The translations under genes and the position numbers were made by a program. The notes under the pieces are model-generated. The model was given only the letters and a program-made list of their open reading frames with translations. It was not told the origin of the DNA and searched no databases. Positions 35,714-47,080 of a stretch of DNA of 64,000 nucleotides are shown piece by piece. Numbering within the stretch: position 1 is the first letter of the stretch; the number at the start of each line of letters is the position of its first letter. Source of the DNA: a virus (lineage: Duplodnaviria; Caudoviricetes); IMG/VR virus record IMGVR_UViG_3300032007_000068, positions 11,926-75,925 of that record; one strand, given 5' to 3'.

Positions 35714-36024
35714 TGTGGGACGCACAAAGGTGCGATAAAAGATTTTATATCAATATCTGCTAAGCGGTTGTCTAAAACAAGAGAGCGAATAAAGTCTCTC
35801 GGGTAAGGCTATTTTGATAAAGCAATTATCTACCACACTACACCAGCTTGCTCCCAAGCATTATGTGTATAACTTCGGTATAGAGGAGTAAAGTGATGCG
35901 CATAAAGCCATTCCTCAACGCGGGGTGTCCAATCTGCGATAATGATGGCCTAAATGCTCAAAGGATTTATAGGTTTGTCTTTATGGCATAAAGCACTTAA
36001 CTCCTCTTGATATTCAGAAGTCAT
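35686..36024 (-). CDS. Hypothetical protein, 112 aa (code 15)
   Basis: The ATG overlaps the nrdG end. The frame is open to TAA 35686-88 through 3 TAG. Confidence 0.55.
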
Positions 36025-36514
36025 TAGTTACATCTTCTTTCGTATGCAAATTCCAAATACGCTGATTGCGGGAGCCGCGCATTTTAAGTGTTATGTCCCG
36101 CTGATCTAGAATAAAGCGCCCATCTATTAAGTAATCTGCGCTCTCTAAGATGCGTTTTAAAGCCGGTGTTGGGTGATGACTTAATTCTTCCATCGTATAA
36201 CCAGACCAAATATAAATCTTTGTATTTGGTAACTCCTGTTTAACCTATTCAATTATTAAGGCTGTAAGAAACTGGTTTTCTGGACAGAGAGGCTCCCCGC
36301 CCATTATAGCGAGCGAGCGTTCTACTCCATTGGCCTATAAACCTTGAATAATGCGGTTCATCGTTTCTTGAGTGAACTCTTTGCCGCCGCTATATTGCCA
36401 GGTTTCTGGATTGTGGCAGCCAGCGCATCGATGCGGGCAGCCCTGGGTAAAGAATGAAAAGCTAACTCCAGGTGCTGCCGCAAAATCATTGGAGACAATT
36501 CCTGCATAGCGCAT
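36014..36514 (-). CDS. nrdG: Anaerobic RNR activating radical-SAM enzyme, 166 aa (code 15; absent from track)
   Basis: MRYAGIVSNDFAAAPG...FTQGCPHRCAGCHNPETW (CxxxCxxC)...GGEPL...IWSGYT...IDGRF...RGSRNQR. Contains 2 TAG. Confidence 0.93.
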
Positions 36515-39500
36515 TATTCCATCACCCCGACGTGCTTGGTTCTATCGTGTACTTCAGCTTGTTTGCCAAGATTAAATGCGCTAGTGTAGTCACCAGTTAA
36601 ATAACCCGTTACTCGACGTAATTGCTGGATATGGGTGCTGCCGCAGACAGGACATTTATCATTAAACTCACCTGTGTATCCGCATTCCAGGCAAGTATCA
36701 TTCGGTACATTTAAAGCAAAATACGGTATATCGTGGTCCATTGCGTAATTAACTAGAACTTCCAAGGCGTCAATGTTATTCTGCATGCCGCTAGGAAGCT
36801 CAACATATGTAATACAACCCGCATTAGAATATCCGGTTAGTTGACTTTCAATATCTATTTTATCAAAAGGCGAGATTTGGTGCCACACTGGAACGTGCAT
36901 GGAGTTCGTAAAGTACTCTCTATCACTAACATTAGGTATAATTCCATACTTCTTGCGGAAAGCTTTAAGAGCCGTATAGGCAAGATTCTCGGCCGGAGTA
37001 TAATACACTCCAAAATTAAGATGCTCTTGTTGTTTAAATTCAGCGCACCTAATATTAAAGAGCTATTCAATTTTCTTAGCGAGTTCCATTCCCTCTGGTG
37101 TAGTATGGTCGGTACCAATAAGGATTTGGAGTGCTTCAGCCAGCCCTAATTGTCCAATAACTAGCGTAAAGTGACGCATAACGCTCCGTACGGTCTTGCC
37201 ATCAAAGCCTATGCCTAAACCATTTTCATACATAAATTTTGCACTCTCAACAGGTTGCGAGCATATGTATTCATATCGTTCTATTAGCATATCTTTAGCT
37301 TCGTGGATTTTTTTATCAAGAAGCTCCATAAAAATTGCAATAGTTTTATCTTCTGATTTCTCAGTATAAGTATCCGCAAGTTCTTCTGCTTCCATCGCTA
37401 TAGTAGGCAGAATAATAGTGACGGGACAACAGTTTCCTCGGCCATCTTTAGTCTGCGGATTTGTGCCGGGGTCCGCGTTGATGTCGGCACCATTGCTGGT
37501 CCTACACCCCATTGTGCTAAAGTAGGTCTTCGGGTCAGTTGGGTCATAGCCCGCGTTAACTGACCAATCTACATTTGCGTAGTTGGGATAGAGGCGAAGC
37601 GCAGTAGATTTAAGAGCAAGTCTGTATAAATCATAGTTAGGTTCGCCTGGTTTGCGGTTGACCCCTTTCATACACTGGAAAATTCCACACCTTAATACCG
37701 TTCCTTTCGGAATACTTTAACACTCTTTATTTCAAGAGTCGGAGTAGACTATATCATCATCTATTAAATAATAGATGCAAGGCACTTCGATACATATCGC
37801 TATGTATCTACTCCCTCTCGGGATAGTCGTTAGACCTTATATTTAATCACACATAAACACTTTATCTTCACAAATAGTTTTTCCTTCTTGCATATAGCGC
37901 CAAAAAGTAGAAAGTGAATATCCATATGCCTGCGCAGCTTTTGTATAAGAAGGATAGGTTTCTAAAAGCTCTCCAGTTAAAGAATAAACTTTAATATTAT
38001 GTCCTTCTGCGTCACCAATTCTCTCATGGCGATTGTTGTAAGCATTATTATATGCTACTGTACACCATTCAAGATTTTCAACAGTATTATTAGAAGGATT
38101 TTCATCTTTATGATTTATAACTGGCAAATTGTTTGGATTAGGCAAGAAAGCTTCTGCGACAAGCCTATGCACGAATTGACGATTCTTCTTACCTGCTTCT
38201 ACCAATGTCACTCGCAAATGCCCATCCCGCGTAACCTCTGGAATTAAGAGACGTTCCTTATAGTGTCGTGGTCCAGTTGCAGTATTTATTATTCGATCAT
38301 TTGCTCGCACTCGACCGAGATTACTTACTGCATAATTATTATTATAAATATTTTTCCATATTTCTTCCATAGGATTTCCTCCTTCCTTTAAAGATAGTGT
38401 GTGTTAAATATCTTGGCACAGGATTGCCATATCTCTCTCTCTAATGTAAGAGACTTAGGGTTTCCCTGTTAGCAGAGATATCTCAATGATCATTTCCTAT
38501 CATATTTTATCTCCACACCCGCCTCTGGCGGTTCACCTTGTTTTCAATAATTATTACTAATTAAAGCCCCAGTAGTTTAGGGAAGATGCTAGTTTTGTGC
38601 AACTTACCGAGTCCCTCTATAGACACTTCAAGCAAGGCTTTTGTTACCATACGGCCCTCTATGAGAGTGCAAGTACCGTAGTTGATAGAGGTAAAAGGTA
38701 ACTAGTTCCCCGACCTGGACTGGAGTGTATTGAGGTTGTGCGCTAGGCCTTCCGCCGCTTGATGGATTTCTTTTTCAGTCATCCTTAAAGCATAATTATA
38801 AACTTTCGCGTCATATGCTTTCCATTCTGCATCTTCAATACTATAATCTTCTATGTCATCTAACATATAAGTAATCTCATAATCTATTTCATCAAGCGAC
38901 TTATTTTCTATATACTACCAGCCATCTTTGTAATGCTTAGCGAAGCTTTTCCGCACATATGGAACCATCGTCCAATCCAAATGAGTCGCAGATACGCCAC
39001 CAAACTACTAAAGGCTTTGGAGTTGGAATATGACCGCAACGAGCTGGAATGCTGTATTTACCGAACCGGCTGGCCGCACGTCGGTTTGACGGGTGTTAAA
39101 TCCTTCAGCCAGTAACTTGTCGAAAGGGATAGATAAACAGTTATGAGAGCCAACTGGGTATGCGCTTAAGTCATGGATATAAATTTCATTATTTTCGTGA
39201 TTGCGCCGCGCCATCGGAGACACGCAGTACTCCAAAGCGTACTTTTTCATTTGTAAATCACTAGCCGCTCCGACTCTACCGCCAAATGACCGCTCATCTA
39301 CGTTAGCATTTTGGTTCTCTACATCAGTAGCCTCGATTTTAGATTTTAGCGCTTCAATAAAATCATTCTGACTATTCCTCGCGGCTTCTCTTTTATAACG
39401 GTAACGGATATATGCCTTAGCTACATCTGGTCTTTCTGAAGCCATTAAAAATTGCTCGACTAAGTCCTAAATAGTTTCAACCGTAAGTGGAGTGGGATTA

Positions 39501-39658
39501 GCAAGAGCAACTAAGTATATTTCATCTGCTATATCTTTGGCAGTATCATCTTCATAAAGCTACCTATCAACTTCAATAAAAGCTTTATTTATTGCAGTAA
39601 TAATCTTCTCTTTATCAAATTCAATAATATCACCATTTCTTTTCTATATCAATACCAT
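36514..39658 (-). CDS. nrdD: Class III anaerobic ribonucleoside-triphosphate reductase, spliced join(39658..38579, 37689..36514), 751 aa
   Basis: N-terminal ATP cone (KRNGDIIEFDKEKI...ETIQDLVE), YIHDL...HNCL, SIFP|CGIF across the intron, MGCRT, C-terminal CxxC...CxxC and glycyl radical motif RRVTGYL. It contains several TAG. Confidence 0.93.
37690..38578 (-). mobile_element. Group I intron in nrdD (889 nt)
   Basis: Exon ends ...TTCCCT (U), and P1 pairs CCCU with GGGG. It contains a GCTAACAGGGAAACCCTAAG...GGCAATCCTGTGCCAAG core, R CTAACGACTATCC and S GATATAGTCT, and ends in G. Removal restores SIFP-CGIFQ in frame. Confidence 0.9.
37843..38370 (-). CDS. Intron-encoded HNH homing endonuclease (NUMOD4 + HNH)
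   Basis: MEEIWKNI...YAVSNLGRVR (NUMOD4); VHRLVAEAFLPNPNNLPVINHKDENPSNNTVENLEWCT...N (HNH). No TAG. Confidence 0.92.
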   Translation of the reverse strand: MEEIWKNIYNNNYAVSNLGRVRANDRIINTATGPRHYKERLLIPEVTRDGHLRVTLVEAGKKNRQFVHRLVAEAFLPNPNNLPVINHKDENPSNNTVENLEWCTVAYNNAYNNRHERIGDAEGHNIKVYSLTGELLETYPSYTKAAQAYGYSLSTFWRYMQEGKTICEDKVFMCD

Positions 39659-39685
39659 ATTTTGAATTAAACCTCCTTGGCACAA

Positions 39686-39723
39686 ATATGGATATACAAT
39701 TTCTTAGAACTGTATATCCATAT
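39686..39723. promoter_or_regulatory. 13-bp perfect inverted repeat in the nrdD leader
   Basis: ATATGGATATACA-12 nt-TGTATATCCATAT, between the promoter-like motif and the nrdD RBS. Confidence 0.6.
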
Positions 39724-39765
39724 ATAATGAAAAAACTTGTAGATTAATTATCCCAATGCGCCCGC
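39719..39765 (-). promoter_or_regulatory. Copy of recurrent 47-nt promoter-like motif upstream of nrdD
   Basis: Minus strand GCGGGCGCATTGGGATAATTAATCTACAAGTTTTTTCATTATATATG, which aligns without gaps to the 3761 copy. Confidence 0.4.
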
Positions 39766-40301
39766 AATCCATTAGCAATATATTCGACGATAGCTTCAAA
39801 CTCTTCTAAAGAATTATTGAACAAGAGCGTATAAGTAATATCACTCAAATCTGCGAAGTCAGCTTCATCGGTGCCAAAACGCCGTATAATTTCGTATACG
39901 TTAGGTTGTTCTTCCCTATTTAGCTGCCGCAAAAGCCGTGCTTTATCATTGGCTACTAAATAAATAGTAATTAACTCAATATCACGACGTTCCATTAAAT
40001 TGCGGACGCCATTTGGGCTAAAAACTCCAATATTTATCTTGTCTGGTGATAGAGTATGCGCGGCTGTGCCATAATGCCAGTTATTAAAAACGGTTTGTTC
40101 TAGTAAGTCAGCCGCCGCGAACTCTTCTTCGGTTACAAAGAAGTAGTCTCGTCCTTCTTTTTCATTGGCTCTTGGTGGGCGGGTGGTGCAAGAAATTAAA
40201 GCGTTAAAGTAATGTGGCATATAACTAACCACATTCTTTAACAAAGTATCTTTGCCGCACCCGGCTTTCCCCATAATTGCTATAATTTTATATTTCTGCA
40301 T
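39744..40301 (-). CDS. gmk: Guanylate kinase-like protein
   Basis: P-loop GKAGCGKDT, ISCTTRPPRANEKEGRDYFF, NWHYGT. The probable start is ATG 40301. Confidence 0.85.
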   Translation of the reverse strand: MQKYKIIAIMGKAGCGKDTLLKNVVSYMPHYFNALISCTTRPPRANEKEGRDYFFVTEEEFAAADLLEQTVFNNWHYGTAAHTLSPDKINIGVFSPNGVRNLMERRDIELITIYLVANDKARLLRQLNREEQPNVYEIIRRFGTDEADFADLSDITYTLLFNNSLEEFEAIVEYIANGLRAHWDN

Positions 40302-43300
40302 CTTCTTCCTCTTCTCCTGGTATTCGTTCACTTCTTAATTGTAAATCTCCATTTGGCAGAATACCATCAATTTTATATAATTGGTGCATACCACTTGCGG
40401 CGTATTTTTTAGGGATAAAATTATCACCACGACGGATACCTTGTATTAATATCATTTGCCCCTTATTAAACCAACTACGCTCTAGAACAGTTTTACTACC
40501 ATCTTCGTTTTTGCGGAATATTTGCCTATCAAATAAAGCGAAATATTCTTTTCTGAACTTAACAGTAACTACTCCATCTGTGGTTAATAAAGAAACATTT
40601 CCCTTATTTTTATCTTTTGCTATACAAGTGCCTATAATAAAACTTAATTTATAAATAGGAACAGTAAAATCACCGCGCTTAAAAGTTTTTTCTACAATAG
40701 GCTCTTCTGGTAATTTATTAAAGGGGACAATATTATATTTGCGGGTGTTGGTATCTTTAAGTTCATGGTCGTGATAATAAAAACATAACGCATCCATTTC
40801 CCAAGCGGAAAGATTGCCGCGTCCTTTATATTTATTCCAATCGCTCATAAAAATGGTTTCATTTAAGCTATCTAAAACGGCTTGTGGGTCTGCCTTTATC
40901 CAGGCTCGAAATACATCCATATATGATTGATATACTTTATCCCAAGCTTTAATATCTAAATACATATTAGTATTATCAGTTTCTAATAAAGTGTCACAAT
41001 CTATTTTTGCAAGAAAATCTATAGCGCGAGTATCTAATTGATATTTATTAGCTCGCATTGAGTGCTTACACTCTACTTTTAAATACTTATTAAATTCATA
41101 TACCCGTAAAGCCATTTGCTGTTCTTCTGTATCTTGCGGGAGTAGCCCATATCGTATTAAACCTGGCATATTTTGAAGCGTTACACGCGACTTTTTATCG
41201 CACGTATGCCAAATAAATTCTACCAAAGTGCGCGCCCTGTCTTGAAAGCTATCAAAAGCACCGCCCTTTATAAGCATTATCATAGCTGTTTTATTAGGTT
41301 TTACTTTTTCGTAAAAGTCTAACCAAGATGAATATGGACGATTTTCTATGATACTTTGAACTACTTCTTCTCCCACGTTGCTAATACCTTTTAAACCATA
41401 TAGTATTCGGTTATGTGCAACTTCAGGGTAAAATGTATAACTTGACTCGTTGATATCAGGCGGATAAATGGTAACACCCGCCGCAATCATATGCCCCATA
41501 GCTTGTGCCATTTTTCCGTATTTAGCACCTTTGTTGTTAGCATCTTCGAGTTCACCGCCACCAGAGTTAGCTATGAGACAAGCACAATTCCAAAATATTA
41601 TCGGAAATCTAAAAGCGAGATTCATTTCTTGTAGGCCTACGAGCGAATAAGCTAGGCAGTGAGAACGGTTAAATGAGTATCCGCGTTGCGGAGCAAGCAG
41701 AGTTTCCCATACATAGCGAACCAATGCGGGGGAACAACCCTTTTCTTTTGCGTTGCGGTAATACGTCTCCTGACACTCATCAAATAATTTTCCGATTTTC
41801 TTAGCTAGCGCCTTGCGACATTGGTCAGCAAAGGTTAACGTATTGCCACCTAACCGTTCGTCTTGGACTAGGCTCATGAGCCCTTCTTGGGACTCACACA
41901 TCCCGTCTGTGCAGGCGTCATGGTGAGATAACCAACTGATTTCATCGGCAGTTAAACCCGCCTGCCGCATTTCGTTGTACCATTGATTAATATCTCGTCT
42001 ATATCTTGCCCACATTTGGAGTGGTTGTTCAGCGCCTTTCTCTGGAGCCATTAGACGAATAACTGAATTTAAAACAGTTAGGTCATTAAGATTTTTTGGT
42101 TTAATTAAAGCTATACCTTGAATACCACTTTCTTTTTCCATCTGAAACAAATCCTGAATTTCATGGTTCCAAATCATCTGCCACATTTTAGGGTCTTTGC
42201 GCTCTAAGTTGTATATACCTATTGTTTTTTCGTATGTTTCTTTTAGAGTAGCGCCAGGTTTTATATAATTTTGTTCGATGAGTAGGTCTAAACACTGGTG
42301 AATCTTATCAAGGCAGTTTACCGAAAGAAGGTCTATCTTAATCAAACCAGCAGCCTCAGCGTCGTGTAACTCATAACTAGTTACTACGTCGCCATTGGGC
42401 GCCCGCATTAAGGAAGTAGCATTCGTGAATGGCTCATCTACAAAAATTACTCCACCCGCGTGTTCTCCCACTGAACAAATTACGTATAATCTAACATTTC
42501 TGTTAGTACTGACTATATCTTAACTCTATTCATAAATGAATAGACAACACCCGTTTCGGTTTTCATGCGCTTCGTTGCCTAAAACGCAGGTACGTATTAA
42601 TAGTACCCCTACTGGCAGCTTAACCTGCCATAGTCGATACAGGCTCATTTTCGATCTTTTGGTCTAATAGGATAGATGCGGTCTTTCTCATAGTAATTTT
42701 TACCGGAATTAATTCTAGATACACAAGAAGCATCACAAGAAACCAAATTCGCTATTTCTTTATTATTTAATTGATTTTCTTCTAGTAGCTATTTAATCCA
42801 TTCAGCTTTTTCTTTAAACTTTTTTTGTTCTTTGGTTTCTGGCCGAATAGGATAAGTTAAATTTGGCTATTTATTATGACGTCCCATATTAATTGCTGAA
42901 ACTTGTCCAACGTTAGTATTAGTTAATTCGGCTATTTCAGTATTTTTATATCCTTGTTGTAATAAAAGAATAATCTCTTGTATCTATTCTTCAGAAAGGA
43001 AATTTTTATTATTTGTTCTAATAGGATATTCATTATCGTTTAATAGTCGATATTTTGTACCAGCATTAATTTGATTTACCGTACTAGCAGAGATATTAAA
43101 CTATTTAGCTATTTCTGTTTGAGGTATTACAGTAGTTTGTAACATCATAATGATTCCTTGCGCCTATTCTTTTGATAAAGAACAACGTAAATCCCAATAA
43201 TTTTCATTGTTTTTTCGTTTCTATCCACCAATAGTTAAATTATATCCATTTCCATTTTTCACATAACTATTTTTTTCTTTTATCCAAAACTATTCTCGTG

Positions 43301-45421
43301 CATCAAGCTATTCTTTATCTTCTACTTCTTCTAAAATTACTAATTCAAAATTATCAATGCCGTATTCTCGTATTTTTTGGTGAAACAGGCAACTATAATC
43401 TGAAGCTTTTTCATGTGTAGCACCAGATAAATGTAAACGATGCCGTTCTTTTAATGGCATAGTAGTTTGTCCTACATACCACTTATTATTAGTTTTGTTC
43501 CTATAGCCATAAATATAATTCATAATGCTATCATCTCCTTCATATTATGTGAAAATGTTAGCATCTCTTTTAAACATTTTTGACCAAAAGTTCTAAAAAG
43601 TTCCCACGGAATTACCTTGCCTTTAAAAGTTTAGGTTTTCCCGTTAGCATATAAAAATTTTATATACCCCTAATTATATATTAGGTAAGGGTGTTTGATA
43701 GGACCAATCTTATAGTGATCCCTCTATTTCACTAGCTACTTGCCACAACTCTTTATATTCTTTCATTGCTTGAACAAAAGGCGCAACAGGTTTAAATCCC
43801 TTTTCTTCATCACCGTAATAACATTCGTGTAAAGTGCGGGTTTGGCCTCTGTCTGCGGGGACGAGAGAGGCAATATACAAAGATATATCATTATCTATTC
43901 CCAAACCTCTCGCCGCGGTCTGAATTGCGGATTTTGCTTTCTCTGTATGGAAAGTAATAACATTGGCTACTCTATCTTCGCCATAATAGTCTTTTAATGC
44001 TTGTAGTACGATGGGGCGACGGGCTGACTCTATATCGGTGTCAATGTCAAGTACGCTGACACGGTCAGGGTTGAGAAACCTCCACGCATAAGTTCGTGTC
44101 TCCTCCCAGAGAGGATTAATCTGTATGACATCCAAGATGTACAGTAAAAGGAAACCTACCCCAGAGCCTCTACCCGGTCCTACTAGCGTTCCTGCGTCCC
44201 AACACACTTGAATATTATTTTGAAGGTTTAAAAAGTAAGCTGACCATCTTGCGTTATTAACTTCTGAACTTTGCCAAGTGGTTTCAAGATTATTATTTAA
44301 TTCATTATATATTTCTGGAGCTTGTAATCTTTCATCAGATAATAATTTGTCAACAATAGCAAGAGCAAGAACTCTGTCACTTTGATGCGGAGACTCATAA
44401 AAAATTTGTAATTGCGGGATGCGCTGGAACCATACTTTCTCTATTGCTGTAATATTTGGAATTTTCCATTTTAAAGCTGGGATTTTTAAAGGTTTTAATA
44501 AGCTATAATCTTCACAACTGCTACGAATTGTTAAAATATTCTCATAGGCTTTATTAAGCTGCTCTTTTGTAAAGTAAGGAAAGTAACTTTCAAGTTCCTC
44601 TGTACCCATCATATAAGTAGAGGCATAAAACTCGTCGACTTCCCTTTCTCCTTCTTGCGCGGTTAGGAAAGCTTTATGAATGGGGCGGTCGGTCTTGCGC
44701 AGATAATGGCTATCAGTGGTTATGATATATGGAATTTTTAACTGATTAGACAGCTCCACTAAAACTTGGTTAACATAAATTTGGTCGCTATTATAAGAAG
44801 GTTGCATTTCTAAATAAAAATTATCTGTGCCAAAAATAGATTGCATCCAAGTACACCAAGTCATAATATTATTCTTATAATCTACAGCTTCTTGTCCCTG
44901 GAGTGTTTTTAATTTGAGAATTTTAGTAGCAAGAAATCCGCCTAGACAAGCGGTACTGCCAATTATATGGCCCGGGTTCGTACCAATAATTTCTTCTATG
45001 TCTTGGTAATAAGTAGGAACCCGTGCCATATTAAAAGATTTATAGGAACGAAGAAAAGCTCTGGTAGATAATTCCCGCAGTTGCTGATGTCCAACAGCGT
45101 CTTTAGCCAGAAGAATAAAGTGGAAATATTTATCTTCACCGCGCACGTAGTTAGAAGCGTCAAGCCCATCCCGCACTAGATATATCTCATTTCCTAAGAT
45201 GACTTTAAAATCTGGGTGCTCTTGTTTAATTTTTGTATAGTATTGTTCTACTTTTATATGGCTACTTAAACATTCATGCTCGGTAATTGCAATAACTTGA
45301 TGCCCCAATTCAATCGCATAGTCTATTAATGTATTATAACGATTAATACTATCTCGAAGGCGTGTATTGCTATAATCTGTGTGGTTCAGTTATGAAGACT
45401 TCCTGGATAAGGTATCTTCAC
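40288..45421 (-). CDS. dnaE: DNA polymerase III alpha-type (family C) polymerase; exons 45421..43718 and 42482..40288, with a 5-nt insertion at 45387-45391
   Basis: PHP domain (YPGSLHN/HTDYS, AITEHE, GNEIY, TTDSHY), GRGSG, FLNPDRVSVLDIDTD, EGL|ICSVGEHAGG across the intron, KIDLL, YSFNRSH, GIRRGD OB fold. No in-frame TAG in the two long exonic ORFs (532 and 727 aa). Confidence 0.9.
42645..43523 (-). CDS. Intron-encoded GIY-YIG homing endonuclease with three C-terminal HTH-like repeats, 292 aa (8 in-frame TAG)
   Basis: MNYIYGYRNKTNNKWYVGQT...R...H...FELVILE...E...GYNLTIGG, then three IA...S.IN.G...YPIR modules. It is open to TGA 42645-47 only under code 15. Confidence 0.85.
43541..43587 (-). 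promoter_or_regulatory. Copy of recurrent 47-nt promoter-like motif inside the dnaE intron, upstream of the GIY-YIG ORF
   Basis: Minus strand TTGGTCAAAAATGTTTAAAAGAGATGCTAACATTTTCACATAATATG, then AAGGAG. Confidence 0.5.
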
Positions 45422-45623
45422 TTGGCATTCCCCCTTTCAACTCTTCTGCGGCAGCCTATTCCAATAAATTCATATTAGTAGTATCGGTTTTGCAAGTATG
45501 GCGATAATGGTTCCAGACTTCCCAGAAATTATGCTCACTTAGCCACTCATAAGACATCTAATTCAAAGAAGGAAAGGGTTCCATAGAATCAGCAAAACTA
45601 TTATCTGTCCCAAAAATACTTAT
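45390..45623 (-). CDS. Small hypothetical ORF, 77 aa (probable ATA start), overlapping the dnaE start
   Basis: A promoter and GGAGGGG are followed by in-frame ATA. The frame is open through 2 TAG to TAA 45390-92. Confidence 0.45.
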
Positions 45624-45653
45624 GTTCTTCCCCTCCTTTTTTTATATAATAAT

Positions 45654-45682
45654 ATTATAACATATTTACTGAACAAAATCAA
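45654..45682 (-). promoter_or_regulatory. sigmaA-type promoter
   Basis: TTGATT-17-TATAAT with TG extension. Confidence 0.65.
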
Positions 45683-46329
45683 CTTGCTCGATGTATCCAA
45701 TGCATGAGAGGTGGGAAACATCCATAGTTAATTAGTGTTTTATTCCACACCAGCCAACAATATGCCTGCGCGGAAGAGCCAGCGGGTTTTTCGCCGTTCT
45801 TCCAACACTGTATTCTATCAATATATTGATAGATCTCACTTGGTGGCTCTTTCGCAAAGATATTTTTATATCTGCTGGCTCCTTCAAGAGCCTGAGTACG
45901 GCAAAGCACAATCAGCTTTTCTTGAGCAATTTCAAGAGCACGAATAAGAAAAGGTTCAAGTGTTGCATAAGGCGGATTCATAATGATTATATCTGCTTTA
46001 TCTATAGGGTAATTATCACCTAAAAAGTCTAAATCGTCGCCATAAAGCAATATTGCTTCATTTGAGTGATAACCGCGGTCTTGAACATCCGTCCCCGTTG
46101 GCTGAGGACACTTATAGTTATTGGCATTAAGATATTGAAGAATGCCGTTCATCATATGACCACCACCAACACAAGGCTCAAGTATACTTTTATTGGAAAA
46201 GTCATACTTTAACGTATTTAATATATTGGTTACTTCGTTAGTGGGAGTAGAATAATAATCCAATTCTGCTCTTTCTTTATTATTTTTTTTATAAGAGTTA
46301 TATAATCCTTTGTTGGTATATTGTCCCAT
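45679..46329 (-). CDS. N6-adenine (amino) DNA methyltransferase
   Basis: DYYSTPT, ILEPCVGGGH (SAM-binding), IIMNPPY (catalytic). Confidence 0.85.
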   Translation of the reverse strand: MGQYTNKGLYNSYKKNNKERAELDYYSTPTNEVTNILNTLKYDFSNKSILEPCVGGGHMMNGILQYLNANNYKCPQPTGTDVQDRGYHSNEAILLYGDDLDFLGDNYPIDKADIIIMNPPYATLEPFLIRALEIAQEKLIVLCRTQALEGASRYKNIFAKEPPSEIYQYIDRIQCWKNGEKPAGSSAQAYCWLVWNKTLINYGCFPPLMHWIHRAS

Positions 46330-46330
46330 C

Positions 46331-47068
46331 TTATGCTCCTTTGTATTTATATAACCTTTCTACCGCCTTGAAAGTATTATCTTTCCCCGCAGTCCTTTTA
46401 CACTCTCGCTCCCATATTATTTCAAAATCTTCTGGAGCGGTTTGTTCAGAGATAAAAACTGAATTACAACTGCTTAACTCTCGTACCCAATTCCAGAAAT
46501 GCTCATAATCCATACGGGGTTCGCTGGCGTAGCCGTAAAATTTAGTGTTCGCATATGGCGGGTCTAAGTAGATTACAGCACCAGTTGTGCTAGGGTCAAG
46601 TTCCCAATAATTTTGACATTTAAAAATAATACCCTTTAAGTTAGGCGCTTGCTTTTCCATATTACGATAAGCTTCTTGATAATAATTGCGGGTACTAGAG
46701 TTCTTCGCATAGCCTCTAGGAAAACCACCATTACTAAAGCTAGCAAAAAATTCAATAGCACCAACATCAGCAAGAGACATAGTAGTCAAAGGTTTCCCGT
46801 CTTTTACATAAGCTTTGCCTTCATCCCACATTTCTCTATTACCATCTTTTGGAAGCGCTGAAAAATCAAGAGCTGCTTGATTTAAAAGAGCTATTAAAGT
46901 TTCGCTGCGGTCATAGCCATATCTATTATCACAGTTTATTTTATCTATTATATTAGCTCCACCAACAAAACACTCTATATAAGTATTTGTTTTTGTTTTA
47001 TCTATCTCGGCCTGTAAAATTGGAACAATGTATTTGGCAAATTTAGCCTTACTTCCCATATAAACCAT
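46331..47068 (-). CDS. Dam-like (D12 class) N6-adenine DNA methyltransferase
   Basis: YMGSKAK, ECFVGGANI, IYLDPPY, VFISE. Confidence 0.88.
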   Translation of the reverse strand: MVYMGSKAKFAKYIVPILQAEIDKTKTNTYIECFVGGANIIDKINCDNRYGYDRSETLIALLNQAALDFSALPKDGNREMWDEGKAYVKDGKPLTTMSLADVGAIEFFASFSNGGFPRGYAKNSSTRNYYQEAYRNMEKQAPNLKGIIFKCQNYWELDPSTTGAVIYLDPPYANTKFYGYASEPRMDYEHFWNWVRELSSCNSVFISEQTAPEDFEIIWERECKRTAGKDNTFKAVERLYKYKGA

Positions 47069-47080
47069 AACTTATGTTCC

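Larger units (their letters stand above)
42483..43717 (-). mobile_element. Group I intron in dnaE (1235 nt)
   Basis: Exon ends GAGGGAT (U), and P1 pairs GGAU with GUCC. It contains a GCTAACGGGAAAACCT...GGTAATTCCGTG core, R TATCGACTATG and S AAGATATAGTC, and ends in G. Splicing gives GGA T|TA ATT TGT (EGLIC). Confidence 0.9.

Noticed and set aside
39675-39700. Possible NrdR box upstream of nrdD
   Set aside because: CACAAATATGGATA matches only half of the acaCwAtATaTwGtg palindrome.
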